NCBI GenBank assembly: GCA_963757925.1
Contig: CAVWTE010000004.1
Location: 46,909-110,908, forward strand
Source of the DNA: an uncultured Actinomycetota bacterium
GTDB lineage: Bacteria; Actinomycetota; Thermoleophilia; Solirubrobacterales; Solirubrobacteraceae
Reading direction: 5' to 3'
DNA length: 64,000 nucleotides
The notes below the pieces were generated by a model that made no database searches, was not told where the DNA came from, and worked only from the letters and a program-made list of their open reading frames with translations. The position numbers and the translations under genes were made by a program. The number at the start of each line of letters is the position of its first letter. The first letter of the stretch is position 1. Shown piece by piece: positions 1 through 9,697 of the stretch.

Positions 1-49
1 CCGTCTACGACAACAGCATCCCAAAACCTCTTTTTGTTAGGCGCTCTAA
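1..49. mobile_element. Possible insertion-sequence terminus (IS5 family, IS1031-like) truncating the toxin gene
   Basis: On the minus strand MazF-like homology stops at ...YEVL and is followed by TTA|GAGCGCCTAACAAAAAGAGG. A GAG-starting end next to a TNA trinucleotide resembles IS1031-group ends. No transposase in the window. Confidence 0.35.
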
Positions 50-153
50 GACCTCGTAGAGGTTGTCGATCGCCTCCTCGCGGGTCATCACCACGGTGGG
101 CCGGCGCCCCCACTCTGGATGCTCTGCCACCAGACCTCGCCACGTCTTACCAC
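47..153 (-). pseudogene. MazF/PemK-like toxin N-terminal fragment (frameshifted, truncated)
   Basis: GTG at 153 reads MVRRGEVWW; restoring one base near 127 gives AEHPEWGRRPTVVMTREEAIDNLYEVL, the RGEVWW...RP-hydrophobic pattern of PemK/MazF N-termini. Start overlaps the upstream ORF stop. Confidence 0.65.
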
Positions 154-354
154 GGCTTGTGCCCAGCGGCGCGCTCTTCCTCGGCCAATCTCCTCATCGC
201 CGCTCCAAAGGTAACCTCATGGACCTTGGAGAGCTCCCCAACTCTCGTCGCCGTTGTCGCCACCGCGCTCGCGCTGCACCGCTCGCAGCGCGATCTCCGC
301 ATAGCGCTCGCTCCAAGTAGGCGCCTCTTGCAGAAGTTGCTCCTTCGCGGTCAT
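147..354 (-). pseudogene. Putative antitoxin (frameshift near 238)
   Basis: ATG 354 MTAKEQLLQEAPTWSERYAEIALRAVQRE..., shifting to ELSKVHEVTFGAAMRRLAEEERAAGHKPW-TAA. Small ORF overlapping the toxin start. Confidence 0.5.
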
Positions 355-532
355 GCCAAGTCGATAAATGCCGCTGGCGCCGACCTGGTTCCCGCTATCG
401 AGTTTCGAACATCGAGCAACAACGGGGAGTCAGGGCAATATCTCGAAAGCCCACCTTGTGCTAAAGCGCATTAGCGGGCTGTACGAGCAGCGCTCCGGGT
501 CTTCCGAGTCCTGTCGCACACTCGCCGCGCTG

Positions 533-1320
533 TCAGTGGGTCACGTGGACGTTGACCGCGTTGCTCGCCCCAAACGCAAAGGGGTAGCCACCTGATCCTG
601 TCCTCGGTAGAGCCAGACGGAACGTGTGCGTCGTCGGATGGGAGGTCCTCGTGAACCTATACCCGAAGACTCGGCTTGGTGCCTTCATGCTTGAGGACGA
701 CTTCATCGAATGTCTGCCACCGTGACCCCTCCTTGACTTGGGTGACGAGTGTGATGCCTCCCGGTGGAAAGGGCGCACCTAGCACCGTCGCCGTCCAGTA
801 AATCTCGTGGTGGTTGCGCACCACGGATGGGCCGATCCGCAGGCTTATGCGGGGACGCACCCGCAGCGTTACCTGCGCCGTCACCGACGGTCCGGGGTCA
901 TCGCTGTAGGAGGTGTAGCTGAAGCTGAGCACGCGATCCGGGCCAGGCGGCACCGTGAGCGAGAAGGAGCCGTCGAGTCCGCTCGTGACGGAGCTGGCGA
1001 TCGGCGTGACGCCGCCGGCAGGAAGCCGGCGGATCCAAGCAAGATGTGGGCCTGCCGGATCGGCACCGTGCCACAATGGAGCACACCGGTGATTGTCGTT
1101 GCGCCGTATGGGACGACCGGCGCTTCGCCCTCGGCGCCCTTGGCCTCCTGGCCGTCCACCTTGAACGACAATTCCGCCCTGCGCACGGGTCCGCCATTGG
1201 GAACGCCGGTTAGGGCATCGCCCTGTTCTCCGGCGCTGGCGACACTTGCAGGCCGACCACCAGCCAGGTCGCCACGGCGCCAAATGCGACGCCTACCGCA
1301 AAGCCTCGCACACCGATCAT
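533..1320 (-). pseudogene. Secreted beta-sandwich (carboxypeptidase-regulatory-like) protein split by three frameshifts
   Basis: GGAAGGAG RBS and ATG 1320, signal-like MIGVRGFAVGVAFGAVATWLVVG. Continues through ORF pieces 881-1357, 657-1283 (TSGLDGSFSLTVPPGPDRVL) and 533-778 (YPFAFGASNAVNVHV). Shifts near 1247, 1025 and 672. Confidence 0.6.
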
Positions 1321-1882
1321 AGTCAGCTCCTTCCACGCGTTTGCCTCGTGGAGCCATCCTCGCTGAGACAACTCTCTTTTCTGATTCGTAATTTTTCGGG
1401 GTTGACCCCCCTGCCTTCTATAACGGGCCGGAAGCGACAGCGCCCACCCGGTATCGAGATCTGCCTGAGATCGAACGGCGGTTCGTCCGTCAGAAGCTGC
1501 CAAAGGCTGGCTGCTGATCGCCACCCCAGCCATGGCCCTGATCCTGGGTAGTGCAGTCGGGGTGCTAGCCATCACCCACGGCTCCCTGTCGCTGTCGCCC
1601 ACAGCCGGGGCTGGCCCTGAGGCTTAGCGTAAGCGGCGTCACGGCCATTCTAGGCGAGGCCGGCGGCTCGCCTAAGTAGCGCGCTATGCCTGACCGCAAT
1701 CCTGTGTGTCGAGCCAGGCAGCAAGCGTCAAAGCACCCAGCACGAATCGTCAGGCGACATACAGCTCGGCAGCATGCGCCAACAGAGGTAGATGGGGAGA
1801 GAGGGACGAAGTTCGAAACATGCCTACGTGTGGGAGCGCATCGGGGCGCTGCACGCTCGGCGCTTCGAGTGACGCGGCGTAC

Positions 1883-2687
1883 TTATTTCCCGAGATAGCC
1901 TGTCGGGATCGTCCAGGTAAAGGGCTCGAACCAGCTCTCCAGACGCTGATCGGCAATTCCTGCTTCCCGGTTGATGGGGCTTTGGCCCGCGATTGCCGCG
2001 TCGGCTGGCTCCCTCATGTCAAATAGGTAGAGAACATCGTCGTCTTCAAACAGCTCAAATAGGCCGCTGGCGGCTGCTGTGGCGGCGGCAATGGCTTCAG
2101 TCTCCGTGAGTTCGCAGCGGTCAGCCCGAATCTCCAGCTGTGACTTGGCTCCTTCGATGAGACCAACAGCCAGAATCTCCTCGGCTACACAGCCGGCAGG
2201 GCGTCCGTCAGAGAGCCGCGCCAGGAGCGCGACGGCGCCGGCGAAAAGATCAAGTGCCAAGCGCTCGGTGACCGCTTGCTCGAAAGCTGGCGGCACCAAG
2301 CCTTCGGCGTATTCGATCCCACGACCTAGAAGCACGTGATCGCGAAATTCGTCCACCAAGACCGTTCCGGCCACGAACAACGCTTCGCGCGCATTGAGGT
2401 CATCAACCTCGTGAGGCAGAAAGCGCAGTACCTCGCGGGGTACCTCGCCGTGCCATGTGCCAAATACTGCCGTCCGGCATCGCGTAGCAGCGGCAATTCC
2501 CGCATTCTTCGTCGAAGATGCCGAACAACAGGCCGGCGTCCTCCAAGTACTCGACCTGCTGACGGATGGCTGCATCGGATACGCCGCGCTTGCGAGCGAG
2601 TTGCCCAACGTCCAGCGTCTCATCGGCAGCTTGCGCAGCCCCAGTCAACTCCAGGAGCTCCACCAAACTGCTCGACGGACTCGTCAT
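1883..2687 (-). pseudogene. Winged-HTH N-terminus plus acidic helical domain of unknown function (two frameshifts near 2500 and 2445)
   Basis: LDVGQLARKRGVSDAAIRQQVEYLEDAGLL is wHTH-like. It joins through LPLLRDAGRQYLAHG to ORF 1883-2623 (GEVPREVLRFLP...WFEPF). Confidence 0.6.
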
Positions 2688-2778
2688 CCGTGTGCACGCT
2701 AAACAATTTACATGAGGCCATCTGCGAATGGACAGGGCAGCCATCTATCGCAAGGCTTCTCGTAGACGATGACCAGGA

Positions 2779-3263
2779 TCAGCCTTCGGGTGGCTGAGCT
2801 GCGTCGAGATCGTCCAGGTCAACGAGATCACGTGGCCGCCCAGCGGCTCGCTTCATGGCCCGCAAGTGCTCTAGCGAGCAGATGGGATCAGCACGCTTGC
2901 CATCCTGACATCGATCGCGCGCTCACGAAGCTCGGCGTATGCAAGCACGCCATCAAGCCCCTGCACGACATCAAGATCTCCGAGCTGCGTGGTGATCAAA
3001 GCCCGCTCGCCGCTGCGTAGCAGTGCAGCGATGGAATGCTCTGAGCCGAGCAGCGATTCGCCCAGCTGGACATGGCCACCAAGCTCGGCTACCAGATGCG
3101 CAAGCCTGCCCAGGTTCTCCGGTGCTGGATCGGGCACGATGTCGCAGTCCTTCGTTCCGCGCACGACACCCCATGATCCGAGCGCCAAGCCGCCGATGAC
3201 GACGAAATGGACATCGGCATGGACGAGGCGCGCGAGAAGCTGATCGAAGGTCGGAGCGGTCAA
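2779..3263 (-). CDS. Pol-beta-superfamily nucleotidyltransferase (putative toxin); frameshift near 2885
   Basis: FVVIGGLA...RGTKDCDIV (GGxA, DxD). Adding one C to a CCC run gives the typical tail ICSLEHLRAMKRAAGRPRDLVDL. Confidence 0.75.
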
Positions 3264-3430
3264 CGGGCGCGCTGCGCCGCCGCGCACAACTCGAACAACT
3301 TGCGTGTCAGCACGATCGTCTCGTTGAGGTTCACTGCGAGCGGCCGCTGCCCATCAGCCCGAAGGCGCAGCCGCCGGATCTGCTCCCCAAGCGGGTCCTC
3401 GACGCTGCTTGCGACCATGGGCTTGACCAT
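3260..3430 (-). CDS. Small protein translationally coupled to the nucleotidyltransferase (putative antitoxin)
   Basis: MVKPMVASSVEDPLGEQIRRLRLRADGQRPLAVNLNETIVLTRKLFELCAAAQRAR. Its TGA overlaps the TTG start of the next gene (TTGA). Confidence 0.6.
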   Translation of the reverse strand: MVKPMVASSVEDPLGEQIRRLRLRADGQRPLAVNLNETIVLTRKLFELCAAAQRAR

Positions 3431-3517
3431 CGCCTAAAACATAGCGGAGCGCGCTGCAGATCAACAGCAGAATGACCCCAACGCAAGACGGGCCGGTACG
3501 CCACCTACCTGGCTGTA

Positions 3518-3607
3518 CGGAGAGGGAGGGATTCGAACCCTCGAACGAGGTCAACCCCCGTTACGCGATTTCCAGTCGCGCCCGTTCAACCGCTCCGGCA
3601 CCTCTCC
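3518..3607 (-). tRNA. tRNA-Ser(GGA)
   Basis: GGAGAGG...CTGGAAA anticodon loop, long variable arm, GAGGGTTCGAATCCCTC T-arm, CCTCTCC-G. CCA not encoded. Confidence 0.97.
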
Positions 3608-3842
3608 ATGTCGTGTATCGATGCGGCCCGGCCATTGAAGGCTACAGACACATCGGCGCTTGATGCGCCCGGTCGCACATCCGTGGCACCTGGCCAGCAC
3701 GACGGCACGAGCGCCAGCCCTCTGCCTTGTGAGCCAAAGGCATCGCGGCGCCCAGCCCGCGCCGTTCCCTGGAGCCCACGCCCGCCCCTGCACGATGGTA
3801 GGCTCCCAATCAATCTCTCGCCGGACCCAGGAGACCAGACCC

Positions 3843-4004
3843 ATGCAGATGATCCTCGCCACCAGCTACGCATTCACGAAGACCTTCGGGCTCATAGTCG
3901 TCTTCCTTGGCATCGGCGTGTTCGTCAACGCGCTGATCGCGTTCATCGCCCTCCAGGTGCACGGCGAGCGCGAGCAGAACCGGCACGATCGCCAGCAGTC
4001 CTGA
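3843..4004 (+). CDS. Small single-pass membrane protein
   Basis: CAGGAG RBS; MQMILATSYAFTKTFGLIVVFLGIGVFVNALIAFIALQV...; high-GC3 codon usage. Confidence 0.7.
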   Translation: MQMILATSYAFTKTFGLIVVFLGIGVFVNALIAFIALQVHGEREQNRHDRQQS

Positions 4005-4070
4005 GAGGCGCGGCGCCCGTCCGAGCGGGACGAGCGCCCTCTGCATCAAGCAACCGATCGGAGAGCAGCG

Positions 4071-4394
4071 ATGATCATCACGACGATGAACGACCTGCCG
4101 GGGTACGAGATCGAAGAGGTGCTCGGCGAGGTGTTTGGGCTCACAGTGCGCGCGCGCAACGTGGGCTCGCAGATCGGCGCCTCATTGAAGTCGATCGTCG
4201 GCGGCGAGCTGAAGGGCATGACCAAGATGCTGGCCGAAGGCCGGGTCCACGCCCAGCAGCGGCTGGAAGAGGAGGCGGGCTCCAAGGGCGCCAATGCGGT
4301 GATCGCATTCAGGTTCGATACCTCGGAGCTCGGCGCGACCTGGACCGAGATCTGCGCCTACGGCACCGCCGTGAGAGCGCGCAAGCTTTCGTAG
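4071..4394 (+). CDS. YbjQ family (UPF0145) protein
   Basis: MIITT..LPGYEI..VLGEVFG..VRARN.G..IGASLKSIVGGE...GANAV..RFD...EICAYGTAV. Confidence 0.93.
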   Translation: MIITTMNDLPGYEIEEVLGEVFGLTVRARNVGSQIGASLKSIVGGELKGMTKMLAEGRVHAQQRLEEEAGSKGANAVIAFRFDTSELGATWTEICAYGTAVRARKLS

Positions 4395-4411
4395 GGCGGC
4401 CTCGATCCGCT

Positions 4412-4870
4412 TCAGCGCGGATCGAGCACGAACACCGGGATCTCCCGGCTCGTATGGGCCTGGTAGTCGTCGAAGCCTGCGTAGTGCTCGTTCATCTTGC
4501 GCCACAGCTCGCCGCGCTCGGGCTCCTCAGCCACGCGTGCCTTGACCGCCGATCGCACGCCGCGCAGCTCTACCTCGGCGTCCGGATTCGCCTTCAGGTT
4601 CAAAGACCAGGCCGGCGCGCGCTGGTTGCCGGCGTTTGAGCCGATCACGATCAGGCGCTCGCCGTCTCTCATGTAGAGCACGGGAGCGGTCCGCGCGGCA
4701 CCGGATCGGCGGCCGGTGCTCGTGAGCAGCAGAACCGGAGCGCCACTGACAGTGCCCATCAGCCGGCCCCTGGTCGCGCGATACACGGGCACGTTCAGCT
4801 TGCCGATCGCGCGGAGGGCGCTACCCCCAATCGCGATCGAGAAGCGTGCGTAGAGCCGGTCCCCGATCAT
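4412..4870 (-). CDS. Deazaflavin (F420H2)-dependent nitroreductase/quinone reductase, Ddn family
   Basis: LLLTSTGRRSG..RT.P, SNAG...PAW.LNL.ANP, Y...TSREIPVFVL. Confidence 0.92.
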   Translation of the reverse strand: MIGDRLYARFSIAIGGSALRAIGKLNVPVYRATRGRLMGTVSGAPVLLLTSTGRRSGAARTAPVLYMRDGERLIVIGSNAGNQRAPAWSLNLKANPDAEVELRGVRSAVKARVAEEPERGELWRKMNEHYAGFDDYQAHTSREIPVFVLDPR

Positions 4871-4882
4871 GTTCTGATCATC

Positions 4883-5773
4883 TCACGAAGTCGAGTGCAT
4901 GGGTTGTTGGCGCTCTGAGGCCCCTGTCGGCTCCACCGTGGCGTCCTCGGCGAGTTGGCTCAGAAGTTCAGGATGTCTGAGCGCCCATGCCCTCAGGTCG
5001 TTACGCAACTGGCGTGTCATCGTGGTCCACCGCCTTTGCCGATTGACCCTGATCACCCAGTGCGAGCCCCAGATGAGCAACAGAGCGAGCACCGTGACCG
5101 CGATCGAGGGACCCAGATGGGTGAGGTAGGAATTGACGTGCGCGGCAAGGATGTCGAGGGCCGTGGCAGTCGAGATCGCGATCAGGGCCGCATCGCAAGC
5201 ACCAAGCGCGTGGTAGAGGTCCTCTAGCGCCGCGTAGCTGCGTGCGATCTGCCCGTCCCCACTGCAGTAGGTGAGGTTCAGGATGCTCCCGAGCACGTTC
5301 GCATCCGCATCGAGCATGGCTTCAGAACCCGCCCCCTGCGTTTCCCCCGCCGGCGGCGAGCCGTCGCACGCGGGGCTCGGATCGCCATAGGCGTGCTGCA
5401 AAGCTCTCTGCGCCGAAGGGATCTCGTGGAGGGTGTCGAGCACCTCTCTGCCGGCATCACGCTGCCCAAAGAGCGTCAGGCGCAGCACCAGGCGTCGTGT
5501 GCTGGGGGGACCGCCGGGCCGCAACCAGCGCGGCGGCAGCCCCAGGTCGACCTGCACGCGGGGGCGATCCAATGCGCTATAGAGCTGATACAGCACGAAG
5601 CCGACCGCGACCGCCCCTCCGATCGTCGTGAAGGCATCTGCCTTGGTGATCGGGATCAGCCCTTCGACCGGTTCTTTCCATGCCCATCCAAACACAGCCT
5701 CATAGAACGCTCCGATCATCAGGGCGTAGCCGCCCGTGATCGCGTAGCGGATCAGCTGCCGTCTTGCCTCCAT
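4883..5773 (-). CDS. Hypothetical multi-pass membrane protein
   Basis: GAGGAGGG RBS and ATG 5773; two hydrophobic segments at each end with a soluble middle. Confidence 0.6.
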   Translation of the reverse strand: MEARRQLIRYAITGGYALMIGAFYEAVFGWAWKEPVEGLIPITKADAFTTIGGAVAVGFVLYQLYSALDRPRVQVDLGLPPRWLRPGGPPSTRRLVLRLTLFGQRDAGREVLDTLHEIPSAQRALQHAYGDPSPACDGSPPAGETQGAGSEAMLDADANVLGSILNLTYCSGDGQIARSYAALEDLYHALGACDAALIAISTATALDILAAHVNSYLTHLGPSIAVTVLALLLIWGSHWVIRVNRQRRWTTMTRQLRNDLRAWALRHPELLSQLAEDATVEPTGASERQQPMHSTS

Positions 5774-5873
5774 CGTCCCTCCTCGGGGGTGAGGGGCGCG
5801 TGGCTTTGACACACGCACCCGAGCTTGCTGGCGCTGTGAGGAGCCGGCAGCTGAGAGGTGGGCCTGGCCCGCG

Positions 5874-6164
5874 TCAGCTCGCTGCGGGCTCCCTCTCTAA
5901 GCACTCGGGCTCCATGGGCGCGTCGATGGCATGCTCGCTGGCTTCGGCTCGGCCCATCAGCTCTGCCATCGTCAGCTCGAGCAGAGGAGCGAGCCGGCGC
6001 AGGCTCGAGTACCTCAGATCGCGCTTGCCAGTCTCGACGTTGGAGATCCAGCGCTGTTGCAGATCGCCGCGCAATGCGATCTGCTCCTGTGTGAGGCCGA
6101 GCTCTTCACGACGAGCTTTGACCGCCCTCCCGAGAGCTGCTTGCAAGGAGGGCGCGAGGGACAC
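5874..6164 (-). CDS. XRE-family helix-turn-helix regulator
   Basis: LGRAVKARREELGLTQEQIA...ISNVETGKRD. Confidence 0.88.
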   Translation of the reverse strand: MSLAPSLQAALGRAVKARREELGLTQEQIALRGDLQQRWISNVETGKRDLRYSSLRRLAPLLELTMAELMGRAEASEHAIDAPMEPECLEREPAAS

Positions 6165-6883
6165 GAGCGAGAAGCCTCACCGCCGCGGCACCACTCCTCA
6201 ATGTCATTACAGTAGAGTGCCTGAAAAGGTATTATTTGGCGTGGCGTGCACGCGTTCGACGGGATATAGCGCTGGCCCGTCGGGGCGGCGTATCGTGGTG
6301 CCTGTGCGATGCATCGTGAGCACCCCAACCTTGGCGCTTCACGTCGCTTCTGGCGGTCGCATAGGCGAGGAGTCCGAGCTGACGGCGGCGCGCCATCCAG
6401 GCGCTGCAATCTGAGTTGGGCTTTCCAGGGAATCTTTTTTCGCCAAGCTCGTGCCCAAGGCTCACACCATCGCGGCTGCCCCATTCTGGGCGATGCGCTC
6501 CACGGAGCGAGCGCTCTGCGAAGAGTCTGATGGCCAGATCTTGCCGGCCCCGCGGCGTGGTATCCCATCTCGGCCCTGCCGCGAGGCGACGCGGCTGATC
6601 GTCGCCACGATAGGGGCATCGGACGCCGACATAACTCACGGTTGGGCGGCGGGTGCTCGCGCTCAACATGGCCACGGCAAGTGAAGGCCAGCCCGATGTT
6701 CGAGAAACGCCGAGCGGTGTCTCACTAGCCACAAACGAAACATGAGCCTGACAGAACGCATGCGGTGTCTCCGACTGCCGGCCAACGCCAGATTACGCCA
6801 AACGCGGCCGAAACACTGCGAACGACAACTTCACCCAAAGTCAATCCTTGACTTTTTTGCCAAACCTATACATAGGTTTGGGC

Positions 6884-9237
6884 ATGGATCCTTGGGCATC
6901 GGTAAGGCGTGGTTGTTGTCTGTACATCGGGCTCGCCGTTGTTCTGGGCGTTCTTGCACAGCCAGCCTACTCAGCAAGCCGTTTCGCCCAGTCACGAGAA
7001 CATCGTCCCTATCCGGTCTGCCCGCGGCACAAGCGCCACGAACTGGATTGCATGTCCATAGTGGTGCCAACGGCCGCCGCAGGTTCGGCGCAGGCCCTCG
7101 GCCCGGCGCTTGAAGGCAGCGGCGAAGGAGGGGCCTACGCCCCAGCGGACCTACGCTCCGCTTACAAGCTCCCCGAATCGGGAGGCACCGGGCAAACGAT
7201 AGCCGTAGTGGATGCCTTTAACGACCCTAACGCCAACTCAGATCTGAAGACATATAGAAAACATTACAAACTGTCCGAATGCACTGAAGAAAACGGCTGC
7301 TTCCGAAGGGTCAACCAAAAAGGCGAAGCTAAAAACTATCCTTTAGCCAACGCGAAATGGGCGGGAGAGATATCGCTGGACCTCGATATGGTGTCGGCGG
7401 TCTGTCCTGAATGCCACATCCTACTTGTAGAGGCGAACAACAATACAGAAGGCATTAATCTCTATAAGTCGGTTGATGAGGCCGTTGAACTCGGGGCTAC
7501 GGTGGTGAGCAATAGCTACGGAGGCGTCGAGTTCAAAGGAGAGGAATCCTATGACTCCTACTTCCACCACGCCGGCGTTGCGATAACGGTGTCCGCTGGT
7601 GACAACGGGTACGGAGTACAGTATCCAGCCGCCTCGCAGTATGTAATCTCGGTCGGCGGCACTGCGCTCAAGAAGGAATCGAAAAGCTCCCGTGGATGGG
7701 TAGAAGAAGTGTGGCGCAAACCCCGAAAAGAAAGTAGGCGAATTCGAAGCTGGAACGGATAGTGGTTGCAGCGAATTAGAGACGACCAAGCCCGTGTGGC
7801 AACGCGACTCAGGCTGCGCACACCGCACAGACAACGATGTCGCCGCGGTGGCTTCGCAAGCAACACCTGTGTCGGCTTACGATTCATATGAATTTAGTGG
7901 CTGGGGTGATTTCAGCGGCACGAGCGCCGCAGCGCCTATCGTGGCCGGAATCGAGGCACTGTCCACCAGCTACAGTCGGACCATCGGAGCTGAAGCGTTC
8001 TACATCGCCGGCCCAGAAAAACTTCTGTTTGATGTAACCGCCGGGAATGACGGCTCGTGCGGTAGTGGCAGCCTCGAATACCTTTGCACTGCAAAGGTCG
8101 GCTACGACGGACCTACAGGATGGGGAGCGCCGGGACGGCATATTGGAATTCGAACCAGCCTCGTGGTCGCTGCAATCACCCGAAGCAAAGCCCTACGACA
8201 CGAGCTTGCACGGCATTTCCTGCACTTCGTCGTCTGCCTGCAGCGCGAGCGGCTGGTACGGGGGCGTCGGCGATCAATGGCCCTCTGCCGAGCGCTGGAA
8301 CGGATCGGAATGGAGAAGTGAATCGATTCAGGTGCCCACCGGCGTGACCGCCGGCAGCTTGGAAGGAATGTCATGTATCTCGGCAAGCGAATGCATCGCG
8401 GTCGGCGCTGACGAGAGCGAAGCTGGTTACAAGGGCCTGGCGAACAGGTGGAACGGGAGTGAATGGAAACTGCAGACGTTGGCGTCGCCCGCCGAAATGG
8501 AAACCTATTCGCTGGACTCGGTTTCTTGCGCGTCCTCGACGGCGTGCTCCGCATCGGGGATAGGCACCAGCAGCCTCACCTTCACGCAGATGCCACTGAT
8601 CGAGAGATGGAATGGCAGCGAATGGAAAGTACAAACGCCCGCGGTGCCGAAAGAAGCGTGGGCGGCATGGCTCTATGACATCTCCTGTCCTACCAGCAGC
8701 TTCTGCATGGCATCCGGCGAGTGGCAAGTGAAAGGCACATATGCACTGGCCGCACTGACAGAGGTCTGGAATGGAACCGAATGGAAACTCGTCTCGACGC
8801 CGACGCCGAGCGGCGCAAAATTCAGTCAGCTCGACGGTGTCTCCTGCCTTTCCTCCAACGAATGTGTAACTGTCGGCGAATATGAAGCCAGCTCTCACAG
8901 ACTGACGCTCGTTGAGCACTGGAACGGTACGGAATGGCAAATCCAGTCGTCTCCCAACCCGGGTTCAGGAACCAATCAACTCTACGCCGTCAGCTGCACC
9001 TCCGAAGCCAACTGCATGGCCACAGGCAGCTACGTCAATTCCGCCGGAAGCACGGTCACCCTCGCGGAGAGGTGGAACGGAAAGGAATGGAGCGTGCAAG
9101 CCCCCGTCAACCCAGTCGGAGGTAAAGATGATCAGCTTGCGGGTATTTCTTGCACTATATGGGCTAGATGCATGGCCACCGGTGGGTATGAAACAAGCGG
9201 TGGAATGGCCGAGGCCATCGCAGAGAAGTACGGGTGA
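6884..9237 (+). CDS. Secreted S53 (sedolisin-like) peptidase with C-terminal 7-repeat propeller-like domain; two +1 frameshifts
   Basis: Signal peptide; EISLD, SAGDNG and GTSAAAP catalytic motifs; YDGPTGWG; seven xSCxxxxxC repeats, six followed by WNGxEW. Extra bases in homopolymers near 7721 and 8133. Confidence 0.85.
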
Positions 9238-9327
9238 GAACCTCGCGCTGTTGCATGTAGCGCGCGAAGCAACCCGCATCAACGAGGCTAAGAGGCAAGG
9301 AGACAGGCAGCGCTGCCATTAAGACGA

Positions 9328-9355
9328 CGAGGGCAGCCCAAGCGGGCCGCCCTCG
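9328..9355 (-). terminator. GC-rich hairpin downstream of tRNA-Ser(CGA)
   Basis: CGAGGGCGGCCC-GCTT-GGGCTGCCCTCG on the minus strand (12-bp stem with one G-U). Confidence 0.55.
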
Positions 9356-9379
9356 AAGCGTTGTTTGGGCTTGTCAAGC

Positions 9380-9471
9380 TGGCGGAGGGGGAGAGATTCG
9401 AACTCTCGGTACGCCGATAGACGTACAACGCCTTTCGAGGGCGCCGCATTCAACCGCTCTGCCACCCCTCC
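9380..9471 (-). tRNA. tRNA-Ser(CGA)
   Basis: GGAGGGG...CTCGAAA anticodon loop, long variable arm, GAGAGTTCGAATCTCTC, CCCCTCC-GCCA. Confidence 0.97.
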
Positions 9472-9490
9472 TGAAGGCCTAAGAGTAGTA

Positions 9491-9697
9491 GATCAGGCGT
9501 CCTATGGTCCAGGAGCGTCGAAAGGGAGCCGAACCGTGTGGAAGGCGCAGGGTTGCGCCGAACTTGCCTCGCACCTGCAGCCGGTCAGGACATCGCGGGA
9601 GCAGAGGTATCGGCCTTGACACGGTGGTGCGCGGCCAGGGAGAGAAGCTGTCAGGTGGTCTGATCCTCCGACGAGGGTTCGAATCCCTCCCCCTCAG
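9491..9697 (+). ncRNA. Unassigned structured RNA candidate (rod with central bubble, followed by a tRNA-like T-arm)
   Basis: Nested helices 9491-98/9658-65, 9533-39/9619-25, 9544-49/9554-59 and 9565-70/9604-09; perfect T-arm at 9673-89. G-U pairs favour the + strand. Confidence 0.55.

Noticed and set aside
1402-1424. TTGACC...TATAAC promoter
   Set aside because: The spacer is only 11 nt.
6165-6850. Coding genes between the XRE regulator and the S53 protease
   Set aside because: The ORFs show no recognisable motif or coding-like composition; left unassigned.
8150-9237. Periodic TGGAACGG/GAATGG repeats as a CRISPR or DNA repeat array
   Set aside because: They are degenerate codon-level repeats of the WNGxEW protein motif.
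9580-9606. SRP RNA (ffs), often near tadA, suggested by GTCAGG...AGCAG
   Set aside because: The helix-8 GNRA hairpin (TCCGGAAGGAAGCAGC-like) is absent on both strands.
9600-9697. A third functional tRNA or a tmRNA
   Set aside because: No properly paired acceptor stem, 7-nt anticodon loop, G3-U70 pair, CCA or tag frame; kept only as an unassigned RNA candidate.
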